From positions 13,007-77,006 of the forward strand of contig CAXBYW010000004.1 in the NCBI GenBank assembly GCA_963980225.1: a stretch of DNA of 64,000 bases. The letters are read 5' to 3'. Below the pieces are notes generated by a model that made no database searches, was not told the origin of the DNA, and worked only from the letters and a program-made list of their open reading frames with translations. A program made the translations under genes and the position numbers. Every line of letters begins with the position of its first letter. Position 1 is the stretch's first letter. Positions 26,990-37,280 of the stretch are shown one piece after another. Origin of the DNA: an uncultured bacterium. Lineage in GTDB: Bacteria; Patescibacteriota; Microgenomatia; UBA1400; MFAQ01.

Positions 26990-28324
26990 ATGATGAGGTT
27001 GAAGTTTTTAGGAGCAGCTGGAATGGTAACGGGATCTTGTTATTTTCTGCAAGGGGTTAGTGGTAGCTTGGTGGTGGATATGGGAATGTTTCAAGGTTTA
27101 AATAGTAGAGAGTTAAATACTAAGTGGCCGGAGATCGATGTTAGCAACCTTAAGGGGGTACTAGTAACTCATGCCCACTTGGATCATGGAGGTAGATTAC
27201 CTTTGTTGGTAAAGATGGGATATAAGGGTAAGGTGTACATGACGGCGGCGACCAGAGATTTGGTAGAGTTATCCTTACATGATACGGTTAAGATTAGTCG
27301 TGAAAGTCATGGAGATAAGTTGTTTGGGGAAGAGGAAGTTATGCAGCTTTTGAGTCAGGTGGAAATTTTAGAGATTGGAGAAACGAAAGTTTTGGATGAG
27401 TTTAAGGTAAGTTTTTTGAGAGCCGGTCATATTTTAGGAGCAGTAAGTGTGTTGGTAGAGGCCCAAAAAAAACGAATTGTGTTTAGTGGAGACTTGGGGA
27501 CAGGGGAGTCTCCTTTGATCAAGCCACCGGAACCACCAGAAAAGGCTGATGTGGTGGTGTTGGAGTCTACTTATGGAGATAGGTTGCATGAAAATGAAGA
27601 TGAAGAGAAAATTTTAAAGGAAGAGATAAAGCAAATAAGTGAGAGTAATGGGGTTCTTCTGTTGCCGGTATTTTCTATTCAAAGGTCTCAGAGAGTGTTA
27701 CATTTGTTGGATCATATTCAAAAAAAGGGTGGTTTACCTGGTGGTATGAAGGTGTATTTTGATAGTCCTATGGCAATTGAAGCAACCAAGATTTTTGGTA
27801 AGTACAGACAGTATTATGGTGGGGAGATGGCAAACCATTCTAAAAAAGATGATCCGTTTGAGTTTCCTGGATTGGTGGTAACAAGAGATGCTTGGGAGAA
27901 AAAGATAATAAGAAAGGACAAGGGTGCAAAGATAATTGTGGCGGGAAGTGGAATGATGAGTGGAGGGAGAATGATGGGACACGCAAAGGAATACTTGTCT
28001 AAAAAGAATACAAGATTATTGATTGTTGGTTATCAGGCTGTAGGAACCTTGGGAAGGAAGATTGTGAACGGAGATAAGTTAGTAAATATTGACGGTGTGG
28101 ATGTGGATGTAAAAGCTGGAATAAGGCAGATTCACTCTATGAGTGCACATGCAGATCAAGAACAACTACTTTTATGGTTGTCTAAAATTAAAGGAGTAGA
28201 AAAAGTAATATTGACTCATGGTGAGGATGAACCAAGACAGGTTTTGGGTGAAAAGGTGAAAACTATGTTTGGAGTAGGTGTGGAGAAACCCTTACTCAAT
28301 GAAGATATAGGAGTGATAGAATAG
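26990..28324 (+). CDS. MBL-fold metallo-hydrolase of the beta-CASP RNA-metabolising family
   Basis: HAHLDHGG metallo-beta-lactamase motif, downstream beta-CASP region and a C-terminal RNA-specificity domain. Follows the RRM protein. Confidence 0.7.
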   Translation: MMRLKFLGAAGMVTGSCYFLQGVSGSLVVDMGMFQGLNSRELNTKWPEIDVSNLKGVLVTHAHLDHGGRLPLLVKMGYKGKVYMTAATRDLVELSLHDTVKISRESHGDKLFGEEEVMQLLSQVEILEIGETKVLDEFKVSFLRAGHILGAVSVLVEAQKKRIVFSGDLGTGESPLIKPPEPPEKADVVVLESTYGDRLHENEDEEKILKEEIKQISESNGVLLLPVFSIQRSQRVLHLLDHIQKKGGLPGGMKVYFDSPMAIEATKIFGKYRQYYGGEMANHSKKDDPFEFPGLVVTRDAWEKKIIRKDKGAKIIVAGSGMMSGGRMMGHAKEYLSKKNTRLLIVGYQAVGTLGRKIVNGDKLVNIDGVDVDVKAGIRQIHSMSAHADQEQLLLWLSKIKGVEKVILTHGEDEPRQVLGEKVKTMFGVGVEKPLLNEDIGVIE

Positions 28325-28331
28325 CTAGACT

Positions 28332-28958
28332 ATGATTGAGGTAATTTTTGATGTAGAGACCCAGAAGTTGTTTGAAGAAATAGAAGATCGTGATCCGGGA
28401 AAATTGTTGGTGTCGGTTGTTAGTTTATATCGAAGAGAGTTAGATGAGAGCCTTAGAGAGATTAGTGGGGCGATGAAAAGTTTTTGGATAGATGAAGCTG
28501 GTAGAGAACCTAGGATAGGTGGAATGTGGTCGTGGTTTGAGGAAGCAGATAGAATTGTTGGGTTTAATTCTCTTGGTTTTGATGTGCCGGCTTTACAACC
28601 TCTTTATGAGAATGATTTCAGTAAGCTTAATCATTTTGATTTGTTGGAAAAAGTTAAAAATGTTTTGGGCCATAGGTTGAGTTTGGATGCCATTGCTAAG
28701 GAAACCTTGGGGAAGACTAAAAGTGGTGTGGGTACGCAGGCAGTGGAGTGGTGGAAGGCGGGGGATGATAAAAGCTTGGATTTATTAAAAAAATATTGCG
28801 AAATGGATGTGATAGTGACGAAGGATGTATATGATTTTGGGTTGGAAAACAGACACTTGAAGTTTATGGATAAGTGGAATGAGTTACGAGAAGTGGAAGT
28901 AGATTTCTCTTATCCTAAAGAAGTGGAAGAGGGTGAAACTCAGATGGGATTGTTTTAA
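28332..28958 (+). CDS. putative RNase H-like 3'-5' exonuclease-fold protein
   Basis: FDVET near the N-terminus, GFNSLGFDVPAL, and a C-terminal YCEMDV acidic motif suggest DEDD-like exonuclease fold. Assignment is tentative. Confidence 0.4.
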   Translation: MIEVIFDVETQKLFEEIEDRDPGKLLVSVVSLYRRELDESLREISGAMKSFWIDEAGREPRIGGMWSWFEEADRIVGFNSLGFDVPALQPLYENDFSKLNHFDLLEKVKNVLGHRLSLDAIAKETLGKTKSGVGTQAVEWWKAGDDKSLDLLKKYCEMDVIVTKDVYDFGLENRHLKFMDKWNELREVEVDFSYPKEVEEGETQMGLF

Positions 28959-28987
28959 AGCCTAACATGGAGTAAAATACTCTACGT

Positions 28988-29380
28988 ATGAGTTTATTTA
29001 AATTAACTAAAAGAGCAGACTATGCTTTATCACTTTTGGCCCTTTTATCTGGGAAACCAAAAGGTGAGAGAGTAAGTTTGTCTCAGATGGAGTCTTTGGG
29101 AATGCCAAAGGCCTTTATGGCGCAAATTGCCAAGGATTTGGTAGATGGCAAGGTGCTTATCTCTAAGGAAGGAAAGGGTGGTGGTTATAGTTTGGTAAAA
29201 GAACCTGGTGAAGTGACAGTAAAAGAAGCGTTGGAGGTTTTGGAGGGAGAGATTTTACCGGTTGATTGTAATGATTGTGGGGCCAGTGATGGATGTAGCC
29301 AAAAAAGTTTTATGGCTGGTTTTGCAGATGAAATTGGAGAGATGCTCTCTAGTTACACGTTAATTGATTTATCAAGTTAA
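28988..29380 (+). CDS. Rrf2-family transcriptional regulator (IscR/SufR-like, with C-terminal Cys cluster)
   Basis: N-terminal wHTH (KRADYALSLLALLS..SLSQMES) and CNDCGASDGC Cys residues. Immediately upstream of the suf genes. Confidence 0.7.
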   Translation: MSLFKLTKRADYALSLLALLSGKPKGERVSLSQMESLGMPKAFMAQIAKDLVDGKVLISKEGKGGGYSLVKEPGEVTVKEALEVLEGEILPVDCNDCGASDGCSQKSFMAGFADEIGEMLSSYTLIDLSS

Positions 29381-29385
29381 GAAAT

Positions 29386-30108
29386 ATGGGATTCAAAATA
29401 AAAGATTTGTTTGTAAGTGTAGAAAAAAAAGAAGTTCTCAAGGGAGTCAGTTTGGACATAGAACCTGGTGAGGTAGTGGCATTGATGGGTCCAAATGGGT
29501 CGGGGAAGTCGAGTTTGGCTTATGCTTTGGCTGGTCACCCTAACTATGTGGTAAGTAAAGGTAGGGTTGAGTTAGATGGAAAGAAACTGCTTAATAAAAA
29601 AGTAAATGAGAGAGCAAATATGGGTTTGTTTTTAGCGTTTCAGTACCCAGTAGGAATTGATGGGGTAAATGTTAAGGAAATTTTGATTACAACTTTAAGA
29701 GGAAGAGGAGAAAAGATATCTGCTTTGGAGTTGAAGAAAAAAGTAGAAAAAGAGGCGCAAAAAATGGGAATAGAGAAGGAGCTTTTGATGAGAAGTCTAA
29801 ATGATGGTTTTAGTGGAGGAGAAAAGAAAAAGATGGAGATGCTACAGATGAGCATCTTGAAACCCAAATATGCAGTTTTAGACGAAACTGACTCAGGTTT
29901 GGATATTGATGCTTTGAGAGTGGTAGCCGATGGGGCAAAAAAAGCGGCTCAAAAAGGAATGGGAGTTTTGATAATTACACACTACAAACGAATTTTAGAG
30001 TACTTAAGACCGGATAAGGTGTTGGTAATGAAAAAAGGCAAGATGGTGGCTCAAGGTGGGGAAGAGTTGGTTAAGATGCTTGAAGACAAGGGATATAAGA
30101 AATTATGA
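29386..30108 (+). CDS. sufC: Fe-S cluster assembly ATPase SufC
   Basis: Walker [14 protein letters not shown] signature FSGGEKKK, Walker [11 protein letters not shown]. Confidence 0.9.
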   Translation: MGFKIKDLFVSVEKKEVLKGVSLDIEPGEVVALMGPNGSGKSSLAYALAGHPNYVVSKGRVELDGKKLLNKKVNERANMGLFLAFQYPVGIDGVNVKEILITTLRGRGEKISALELKKKVEKEAQKMGIEKELLMRSLNDGFSGGEKKKMEMLQMSILKPKYAVLDETDSGLDIDALRVVADGAKKAAQKGMGVLIITHYKRILEYLRPDKVLVMKKGKMVAQGGEELVKMLEDKGYKKL

Positions 30109-31457
30109 GTAGTTTTAAGTATGTTTACAAATCTGGCAAGGGTTTAAATGAAAAACTGGTAAGGGAGATTTCTTCTTTGAAAAAAGAACCTGAGTGGATG
30201 TTAGAAAAAAGACTTGAAGCTTTGAAGATCTTTAATGATCTATCTTTACCTGAATGGGGTGCTGATTTAACTGGAGTTGATTTTTCTAATATTCACTACT
30301 ACTTAAAACCTTTACAGAATCAGAAAAAAAGTTGGAAAGATATACCAGATGAGGTAAGAGATACATTTGAAAAAATTGGAGTACCAAAAGCAGAGAGAGA
30401 GGTGTTGTCTGGGGTAAAGGCTCAGTACGATAGTGAGGTGATTTATGGGTCACTTAAAAAAAGTTTGGAAAAGAAAGGAATTGTATTTTTGTCTATGGAT
30501 GAAGGTTTAGTAAAGTACCCAGAGTTGGTAAAAAAATACTGGGGAAGTGTGGTGCCTTTGGGAGATAACAAACTAGCGGCATTAAACAGTGCAGTTTGGA
30601 GTGGAGGAAGTTTTGTTTATGTACCTAAGGGGGTAGATGTGGGCTTGCCACTACAAGCTTATTTTAGAATCAATACAGAAAGAGCAGGGCAGTTTGAGAG
30701 GACCCTAATCATTGCTGATGAGGGGAGTAAGGTGCACTATGTGGAGGGTTGTTCCGCACCGGCATTTTCTACAGGGTCTTTGCACTCGGCGGTAGTGGAG
30801 GTGATTGTAGAAAAGAAAGCAAAGGTAACTTATACCACTGTACAGAATTGGTATAAAAATGTTTATAACTTGGTAACCAAAAGAGCTTTTGTAAAAGAAG
30901 AAGGGGAGATGAGATGGGTAGATGGTAATTTGGGAAGTAGGACGACGATGAAGTACCCTTCTTGTATTTTGGCAGGTAGAAAAGCTAAGGGAGAGATGTT
31001 GTCGATTGCTTGGGCAGGAAAAGGTCAACATCAAGATACGGGAGCAAAAATGATTCACCTGGCCCCAGAGACCACAAGTCAGATTATTTCTAAATCTGTA
31101 AGTAAAGAAGGGGGTAGGGCTAGTTATCGAGGGTTGGTGCATATAAATAAGGGAGCTACCGGGGCTAAAGCTAAGGTGGTGTGTGATGCTCTGATCTTAG
31201 ATGATGAGTCTCGATCAGATACTTATCCTACAAACAAGATTTTTGAGAATGGTGCTAGTTTGGAACATGAAGCAACGGTGGGGAAAATTGGTGAGGAACA
31301 ATTGTTCTATCTAATGAGTAGGGGTATAAAGGCAGAAGAGGCAGAGGCAATGATTGTGAATGGTTTTTTAGAACCTATCATGAAGCAGATTCCTTTGGAG
31401 TACGCGATAGAGATGAATAAGTTAGTAGAGATGGAAATGGAAGGGAGTGTTGGATGA
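30105..31457 (+). CDS. sufB: Fe-S cluster assembly protein SufB
   Basis: 450 aa, SufB/SufD beta-helix core. Confidence 0.85.
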   Translation: MSSFKYVYKSGKGLNEKLVREISSLKKEPEWMLEKRLEALKIFNDLSLPEWGADLTGVDFSNIHYYLKPLQNQKKSWKDIPDEVRDTFEKIGVPKAEREVLSGVKAQYDSEVIYGSLKKSLEKKGIVFLSMDEGLVKYPELVKKYWGSVVPLGDNKLAALNSAVWSGGSFVYVPKGVDVGLPLQAYFRINTERAGQFERTLIIADEGSKVHYVEGCSAPAFSTGSLHSAVVEVIVEKKAKVTYTTVQNWYKNVYNLVTKRAFVKEEGEMRWVDGNLGSRTTMKYPSCILAGRKAKGEMLSIAWAGKGQHQDTGAKMIHLAPETTSQIISKSVSKEGGRASYRGLVHINKGATGAKAKVVCDALILDDESRSDTYPTNKIFENGASLEHEATVGKIGEEQLFYLMSRGIKAEEAEAMIVNGFLEPIMKQIPLEYAIEMNKLVEMEMEGSVG

Positions 31458-31945
31458 GGTATAAGGTGACATTAGATAAACCAGGAAAGAAAGATGTGGT
31501 AGTACCTTTTTTGAAAAAGGGAGAAACAGCAGAGGTGTTGGGGTTGGTGCTTGGGGGAAAACGAGGTGATTATGAGTTGAATGTAATTATGGAACATAAA
31601 GTGGGTCAGACAAAAGGGAGGGTAGAGATAAGAGGATTTGCTAAGAATGGAGCTAGGGTGAAGGTTACTGGTTTGATTAAAATAGATAAAAAAGCTCAAG
31701 AAGTGGATGATTTTTTGGAGATGAGGGTTTTAATGTTAGATGATAAGTCCTGGGCGGTAGTAGAGCCAAGATTAGAAATAGAAGCTAATCAAGTAAAGGC
31801 GTCTCACGCAGCTACGGTAAGTAAGATTAATGAAGAGGAATTATTTTATTTGGCCAGTAGAGGAATTGATAGGGAAGAAGCAGAGGAGTTGATTGTTGAT
31901 GGGTTTTTAAAAGATATTACTGATAAAATTAAAAGCAATGTTTAA
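31454..31945 (+). CDS. sufD: short SufD-like protein (SufBD C-terminal domain only)
   Basis: 163 aa. C-terminus ([35 protein letters not shown]) is paralogous to the SufB C-terminus ([35 protein letters not shown]). Confidence 0.6.
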   Translation: MRYKVTLDKPGKKDVVVPFLKKGETAEVLGLVLGGKRGDYELNVIMEHKVGQTKGRVEIRGFAKNGARVKVTGLIKIDKKAQEVDDFLEMRVLMLDDKSWAVVEPRLEIEANQVKASHAATVSKINEEELFYLASRGIDREEAEELIVDGFLKDITDKIKSNV

Positions 31946-33182
31946 CATAAAAAAAGTAAGGAGTGATTTCCCAATTTTAAAAAGAAAAATAATGGGCAAG
32001 AAACTGGTGTATTTAGATAGCGCTGCTACAAGCCAAAAACCCATGCAGGTAATTGACTCGGTTGTTAATTACTATAAAAATCATAATGCCAATGTTCATC
32101 GAGGAGTACATACTTTAAGTGATGAATCTACAGAAATGGTGGAAAATGCGCGAAATAAAATAGCTGATTTTATAGGTGCAAATTCTAGTGAAGAAGTAAT
32201 ATTTGTGCGCAATGCATCTGAGGGGATAAACTTGGTAATGTATAGTTGGGCAAGAAAGAATTTAAAGAAGGGTGATGTGGTTGTTATTGGTATGCAAGAA
32301 CACCACTCCAACATTGTTCCCTGGCAAGTATTGGTAAAAGAAAAAGGTTTGGAATTAAGGTTTGTTGATGTTGATTCAGAAGGATGTTTGGTGGATGAAT
32401 CTTTAATTAAAGTGTTAGATAAAAAAGTAAAACTGGTGGGGTTAACGCAAGTGAGTAATTTATTGGGAGTTATAAATAACATGGAAGATGTCGTTAAAGA
32501 GATAAAGAAAAAATCACCTATGGCAAAGATTTTGGTAGATGGAAGCCAAAGTGTGTCACATATGAAAGTAGTGGTAAAAAAAATGGGAGTGGATTTCTTT
32601 GCTTTTTCAGGACACAAGATGTTGGGTCCAACAGGAATTGGAGTTCTGTGGGGTAAAAAGGATATTTTAGAAAAAATGGATCCATTTATTTTTGGAGGAG
32701 ATATGATTAGTGATGTTAAGGTTGAAGGATCTAAGTGGAATAAGTTGCCGTACAAGTTTGAGGCGGGGACACCGAATATGGCGGGAGCAATTGGGTTAGG
32801 AGCAGCAGTAGAGTATTTGGAAAAACTTGGTATGGATAATGTAAGGAATCATGAGAAAAAATTGGTTGAATATGGTTTGAGGAAACTAGAGGAACTTGAA
32901 AAAAAAGGAGTAATAGAAATTTATGGTCCTAGAGATAGTGAGGTAAAGGGTGGGGTGTTGACCTTTAATATTAAAGGTGTCCATGCTCATGATGCAGCCC
33001 AGATACTGGATAGTTTTGGAATTGCAGTTAGAAGCGGTTTCCATTGTGCCCAGCCTTTAGCAGAAAAACTCAAGATGGGAGCAGCAGTAAGAGCGAGTTT
33101 TTATATTTACAATACAAAAGAAGAAGTTGATTTTTTGGTGGAAAAGATTTTAGAAGTGTTAAAAGTTTTTAAGATTAGATGA
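31938..33182 (+). CDS. sufS: cysteine desulfurase SufS
   Basis: PLP-lysine region SGHKMLGPTGIGVLWG, HxGxH. Confidence 0.9.
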   Translation: MFNIKKVRSDFPILKRKIMGKKLVYLDSAATSQKPMQVIDSVVNYYKNHNANVHRGVHTLSDESTEMVENARNKIADFIGANSSEEVIFVRNASEGINLVMYSWARKNLKKGDVVVIGMQEHHSNIVPWQVLVKEKGLELRFVDVDSEGCLVDESLIKVLDKKVKLVGLTQVSNLLGVINNMEDVVKEIKKKSPMAKILVDGSQSVSHMKVVVKKMGVDFFAFSGHKMLGPTGIGVLWGKKDILEKMDPFIFGGDMISDVKVEGSKWNKLPYKFEAGTPNMAGAIGLGAAVEYLEKLGMDNVRNHEKKLVEYGLRKLEELEKKGVIEIYGPRDSEVKGGVLTFNIKGVHAHDAAQILDSFGIAVRSGFHCAQPLAEKLKMGAAVRASFYIYNTKEEVDFLVEKILEVLKVFKIR

Positions 33183-33532
33183 AGCTATATAAAGAAGAAA
33201 TAATTGATCATTATAAGAATCCAAGGAGATTTGGAGAGCTATCTAACAAGACTCATGAGGCAAGCGAAACTAATGCCTCTTGTGGAGATATGATGGAGGT
33301 TTATCTTTTTATTAAAGACGGAATTATTGAGGATGCGGCTTTTAAGGGAGTGGGATGTGCCTTATCGACAGCGGCGGCTTCAATGTTAATGGAGAATCTT
33401 GTGGGTAAAAAACAGGAGGATGTAAAAAAATGGGATGGCGAGAAAATTGAAGAATTAATAGGAGAGGTAAATCCAGGTAGGCAAAAATGTGTAATGTTGC
33501 CATTGGAAGCAGTCAGGGAGGCAGTAAAGTGA
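33179..33532 (+). CDS. sufU: SufU/IscU-like Fe-S scaffold / sulfurtransferase
   Basis: Conserved Cys residues (SCGDMMEV, GVGCALS). 117 aa. Confidence 0.75.
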   Translation: MKLYKEEIIDHYKNPRRFGELSNKTHEASETNASCGDMMEVYLFIKDGIIEDAAFKGVGCALSTAAASMLMENLVGKKQEDVKKWDGEKIEELIGEVNPGRQKCVMLPLEAVREAVK

Positions 33533-34233
33533 GTGTTGGGAAACTAAATACCAGGTTAGTTGAAAAGAAACATTTAGCGAATGGTTTTTGGTGGTTTGAG
33601 TTGGAGTTTAAAGAAGTTTTTGATTTTGAGGCAGGACAGTATTTGAGCGTGAAGATGAATGAAAAAGGAGAGATGAGAGCTTATTCAATTGCCACGGTTC
33701 CTGGGAGTAAAAAAATTGGCTTGTTGGTCGATGTGTCACCAGGAGGTTTGGGAAGTAAGTTTTTTTTGATGGCAGAAGTGGGAGATGAGATAGAAGTGTT
33801 GGGACCACTAGGTAGGTTTGTAGCAGACCCCTCTTGCTTTGAAGCTTTGGAAGGACTGGTTTTTGTGGCAACTGGGAGTGGAATAGCTCCAGTTAAATCT
33901 ATACTTGAGGATTTGTTGAAAAATAAAAAATATAAAGGCAGAGTCAGGCTAGTGTGGGGTTTAAGATTTGAGAATGATATTTTTTGGCAAAAAGACTTTG
34001 AGAAGATGGAAGAGAAGTATAAAAACTTTAAGCTCAATTTAGTTTTGTCTAAACCTAGTAAGAACTGGGAGGGAAGAAAGGGTCGGGTAACAGATCTCTT
34101 GGAAAAAATGGAAAAATTAGGCAGTCGACATATTTATCTTTGTGGTGGAAACGAGATGGTTGATGGTTGCAGAAAAAGCTTGTCTGAAAAAGGTGTTAAA
34201 GATAAAAATATTTACTTTGAAAAATATGGATAG
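33487..34233 (+). CDS. ferredoxin-NADP reductase-like FAD/NAD(P)-binding oxidoreductase
   Basis: RAYSIA (RxYS FAD motif), GSGIAPVKSIL NAD(P)-binding motif, LCGGNEMV. The start may be the GTG near 33530 rather than the overlapping ATG. Confidence 0.65.
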   Translation: MCNVAIGSSQGGSKVSVGKLNTRLVEKKHLANGFWWFELEFKEVFDFEAGQYLSVKMNEKGEMRAYSIATVPGSKKIGLLVDVSPGGLGSKFFLMAEVGDEIEVLGPLGRFVADPSCFEALEGLVFVATGSGIAPVKSILEDLLKNKKYKGRVRLVWGLRFENDIFWQKDFEKMEEKYKNFKLNLVLSKPSKNWEGRKGRVTDLLEKMEKLGSRHIYLCGGNEMVDGCRKSLSEKGVKDKNIYFEKYG

Positions 34234-34257
34234 GTTAATATTTGGTATGATTAGAAG

Positions 34258-34890
34258 ATGAAAGATTGGAAGATGATTTTAGGGGTAGTATTAGGAGCGG
34301 TGATTTTGGTGGGAGTAATGGTGTGGGGATTGAGCAAGATGAGTGGAGAACAGGGAGGGTTGAATGTAGAAGTTGATCAGTTAGTTGATGGAGCTGGATG
34401 GGTAACGGGAGGTGAAAATTATCAAGTAACGGTAGTCGAGTTCGCAGATTTACAGTGTTCTGCTTGTAAACAAGCGGAGCCAGTGGCAGAAGAGTTGAGA
34501 CAGATGGATGGAGTACGTTATGTTTACAGACATTTGCCGTTGTTGACGATTCATAAAAATACTTGGAGAGCAGCCAGAGTAGCAGAAGCAGCTAAAGTAA
34601 TGGAAAAAGGTTGGGAAATGGTAGAGCTTTTGTTTGAAAAACAGGAGGAATGGGCAGAAACTGGGAGTTTTGATAAAAAAGCTATGGATTATGCAATAGA
34701 GTTGGGATTAGAGGGGGGTAAGTTTGAGGAGCTTTACAACAGTAAAGAGGTAGAAGATCAGATAGTCAAAGATAATACTTTAGCAAATGAGTTGAGGCTT
34801 GGTGGAACACCTACGTTCTTTGTAGAAGGAGAGCAGGTAGCAAGTAGTTTTGTTTTGACGAGAGTTAGGGAAATATTAGAAAGTAATTAA
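34258..34890 (+). CDS. DsbA-like thioredoxin-fold thiol:disulfide oxidoreductase (membrane anchored)
   Basis: N-terminal TM anchor and a CSAC (CxxC) active site in FADLQCSACKQ. Confidence 0.7.
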   Translation: MKDWKMILGVVLGAVILVGVMVWGLSKMSGEQGGLNVEVDQLVDGAGWVTGGENYQVTVVEFADLQCSACKQAEPVAEELRQMDGVRYVYRHLPLLTIHKNTWRAARVAEAAKVMEKGWEMVELLFEKQEEWAETGSFDKKAMDYAIELGLEGGKFEELYNSKEVEDQIVKDNTLANELRLGGTPTFFVEGEQVASSFVLTRVREILESN

Positions 34891-35577
34891 ATGGAGTCTC
34901 TGGGTTATTTAGTAACGGTTACTGGTTTAATGAATGGTTTGAATCCTTGTGCCTTAGGGCTGATGATAACTTTCTTGGGATACTTGATGGTTTTTGGAGG
35001 TAAAAAGAAGAAGGACAAAAATATATTGATTCTGGGTGGGCTTTACTTGTTTGGGGTGGTGATAACCTACTTACTTTTAGGATTGGTGTTTTATCAGTTA
35101 GCGTATGGATTGCAACGGAGTGTTTGGGTGGGTCTGGTTAAGTATGTTTTGGCTTTTCTACTTTTTGTTTTTGGATTAATGCAAATCAATGAGGGTTTAT
35201 GGCCAGATAGTAAGTTTAAGATAAAGACACCTAAAAATTTAAATGTGTGGTTTGGAAGGTTGATGAAAAAAATAAATGGTCCGGTGGCAATTTTGGTAGG
35301 GGGGTTGACAGCGGTGATTTCTGCGCCTTGCACCTTACCAGTTTACGCGGGTACAGCTATGGTGCTTGCTAGATCAGGAATGGTTTCCGTTAAGATTCTT
35401 GGTTACTTTGTGTATTACAATTTGCTATTTGTTTTACCTTTACTCACGGTTTTGATATTGGTTTACAAAGGTAGGGAAGTTGTCGATATGAAGGAGTTTG
35501 GACACAGGAGTGAAAAATTCCTAAGGGTAGTGGGTGGAGTATTACTTTTGCTCTTAGGTTGGTGGATGATAGAATGA
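34891..35577 (+). CDS. DsbD/CcdA-like transmembrane disulfide-transfer protein (DsbD_2-type)
   Basis: Polytopic membrane protein with conserved Cys in TM1 (LNPCALG) and a later SAPCTLPVY. Confidence 0.6.
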   Translation: MESLGYLVTVTGLMNGLNPCALGLMITFLGYLMVFGGKKKKDKNILILGGLYLFGVVITYLLLGLVFYQLAYGLQRSVWVGLVKYVLAFLLFVFGLMQINEGLWPDSKFKIKTPKNLNVWFGRLMKKINGPVAILVGGLTAVISAPCTLPVYAGTAMVLARSGMVSVKILGYFVYYNLLFVLPLLTVLILVYKGREVVDMKEFGHRSEKFLRVVGGVLLLLLGWWMIE

Positions 35578-35783
35578 ATTTAGATATAAGAATGGAGGTG
35601 AGTAAGATGAAAAAGAAACAGAAAAAAGATTTAGCTCAAGCTTTGATATATGGTTCAGTGGTAGCAGTAACATTGTCTGTCATCGGTATGTTGGGTACAG
35701 ACTTGTATTTAGCCAGTACACAGTGGTTGTTGGTGGGAGCCTTACTAGCACTTTGGGGAATATATTTACAAATGGCTAAGTGA
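35559..35783 (+). CDS. small hypothetical membrane protein
   Basis: 74 aa, two TM helices. Confidence 0.35.
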   Translation: MVDDRMNLDIRMEVSKMKKKQKKDLAQALIYGSVVAVTLSVIGMLGTDLYLASTQWLLVGALLALWGIYLQMAK

Positions 35784-35784
35784 G

Positions 35785-36078
35785 ATGGAAAAAAAGATAT
35801 GGAGTGTTCTAGATAAAATTGATGACCCGGAGTTGGGAGTAGGTTTGGTTGGTTTAGGTCTTATTTATGAAGTAAAGGTAAAAAAAGAAGAAGTGAGTAT
35901 AAAAATGAGCTTAACTAGTATGGGTTGTCCTTTGTTTGATGTTATAGAGAGTGAGATAAAAGAGAAAGTAAAAAAAATAAAAGGAGTGAGTAAGGTAAGT
36001 GTGGAGTTAGTGTGGGATCCGCCGTGGCATCAGGACATGATGAGTGAAGAGGTAAAAGCAGAATTAGGAATAGATTAG
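35785..36078 (+). CDS. DUF59/MIP18-family Fe-S assembly protein (SufT-like)
   Basis: DDPELGVGLVGLGLIYEV..TSMGCPL motif of PF01883. Confidence 0.7.
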   Translation: MEKKIWSVLDKIDDPELGVGLVGLGLIYEVKVKKEEVSIKMSLTSMGCPLFDVIESEIKEKVKKIKGVSKVSVELVWDPPWHQDMMSEEVKAELGID

Positions 36079-36088
36079 GGTATAGTAG

Positions 36089-36835
36089 TTGAATATGCAG
36101 ATTTTTAGTTTATGGATAGCTTTTGCAGCAGGGTTAGTGAGTTTTTTTGCTCCTTGCGTTGTGCCCTTGGTTCCAGCGTTTATTAGTTTTGTGAGCGGGG
36201 TCAGTCTGACTAAGTTAAAACTGAAAGGGATGAAAAGATATCGAAAAACCTTGTTTGTGTCGACATTGTTTTATGTTTTAGGTTTTTCTTCCATCTTTGT
36301 TTTATTGGGAGCAACGGCAGCCGGGGTAAGTGGTTGGTTGAAGATTAATTCGCAGTTAATACAAAGAGTTGGTGGTTTGCTGATCATCTTCTTTGGCCTG
36401 GAGTTTGCTGGAGTACTACGGCTGCCTTTTTTAGAGAGAGAGCATAGATTTAAGTTGCCTGATGGTTTTAAGAAACATAGCCAATTAAGATCTTTGTTGG
36501 TGGGGATGGTGTTTGGTATATCCTGGACTCCTTGTGTGGGAGTGGTGTTGGGGAGTATTTTGGTGTTGGCTGCTAATACGGCTACGGTTTGGCAAGGAGC
36601 ATTACTTCTGTTTGTGTATTCGTTAGGAATATCTATTCCTTTCCTGATTATTTCATTAACTCTTTTAAGCGCACCAAGGTATTTAAAGTTTTTGAAAAAA
36701 CATGTTGGCAAGATTAGCATGATAGCTGGATTGTTATTGGTTGCGTTGGGTGTTTTACTTCTGACTGATACATACAAATACTTAAATAGTTGGTTATTTG
36801 AAGTAGCATTCAGGTTGGGATATGAGATAAAATAA
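36089..36835 (+). CDS. ccdA: cytochrome c-type biogenesis protein CcdA (DsbD transmembrane domain family)
   Basis: Conserved Cys in TM1 (FFAPCVVPLVPAF) and TM4 (SWTPCVGVVLG). Confidence 0.75.
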   Translation: MNMQIFSLWIAFAAGLVSFFAPCVVPLVPAFISFVSGVSLTKLKLKGMKRYRKTLFVSTLFYVLGFSSIFVLLGATAAGVSGWLKINSQLIQRVGGLLIIFFGLEFAGVLRLPFLEREHRFKLPDGFKKHSQLRSLLVGMVFGISWTPCVGVVLGSILVLAANTATVWQGALLLFVYSLGISIPFLIISLTLLSAPRYLKFLKKHVGKISMIAGLLLVALGVLLLTDTYKYLNSWLFEVAFRLGYEIK

Positions 36836-36839
36836 ATTT

Positions 36840-37280
36840 ATGAAGATAATTTTGGGGGCAGATCATGGTGGATGGCAGATGAAGAAAGATGTGACTGAGT
36901 GGTTAAAGGAGAATGGTTACGAGGTGAAAGATGTGGGAGCTGTGGAAGAAAAGAAGGATGATGATTATGTAGATTTTGCTATGTTGGTTGCCGAAGAGAT
37001 TCAGGGGGGTGGTGAAGCCAAGGGAGTTTTGTTTTGTAAGAATGGGTTTGGAATGGTAATGGCGGCCAATAGATTTACTGGTGTACGGTGTGGTTTAGGT
37101 TTTGACAAAAGAGCGGTGGAAAAAGGAAGGATGGATGATGACATAAACTGTCTGGCTATTCCATCTGAGTATGTGGATATATATAAAGCAAAAGAAATGA
37201 TAAGTGTTTTTTTAAAGACTGATTTTAGTGGAGAAGAAAGATATAAGAGACGATTGTTTAAGTTGGCTTCAATAAAATGA
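36840..37280 (+). CDS. rpiB: ribose-5-phosphate isomerase B
   Basis: IILGADHGG and CKNGFGMVMAANRFTGVRCGL (RpiB/LacAB). Confidence 0.85.
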   Translation: MKIILGADHGGWQMKKDVTEWLKENGYEVKDVGAVEEKKDDDYVDFAMLVAEEIQGGGEAKGVLFCKNGFGMVMAANRFTGVRCGLGFDKRAVEKGRMDDDINCLAIPSEYVDIYKAKEMISVFLKTDFSGEERYKRRLFKLASIK

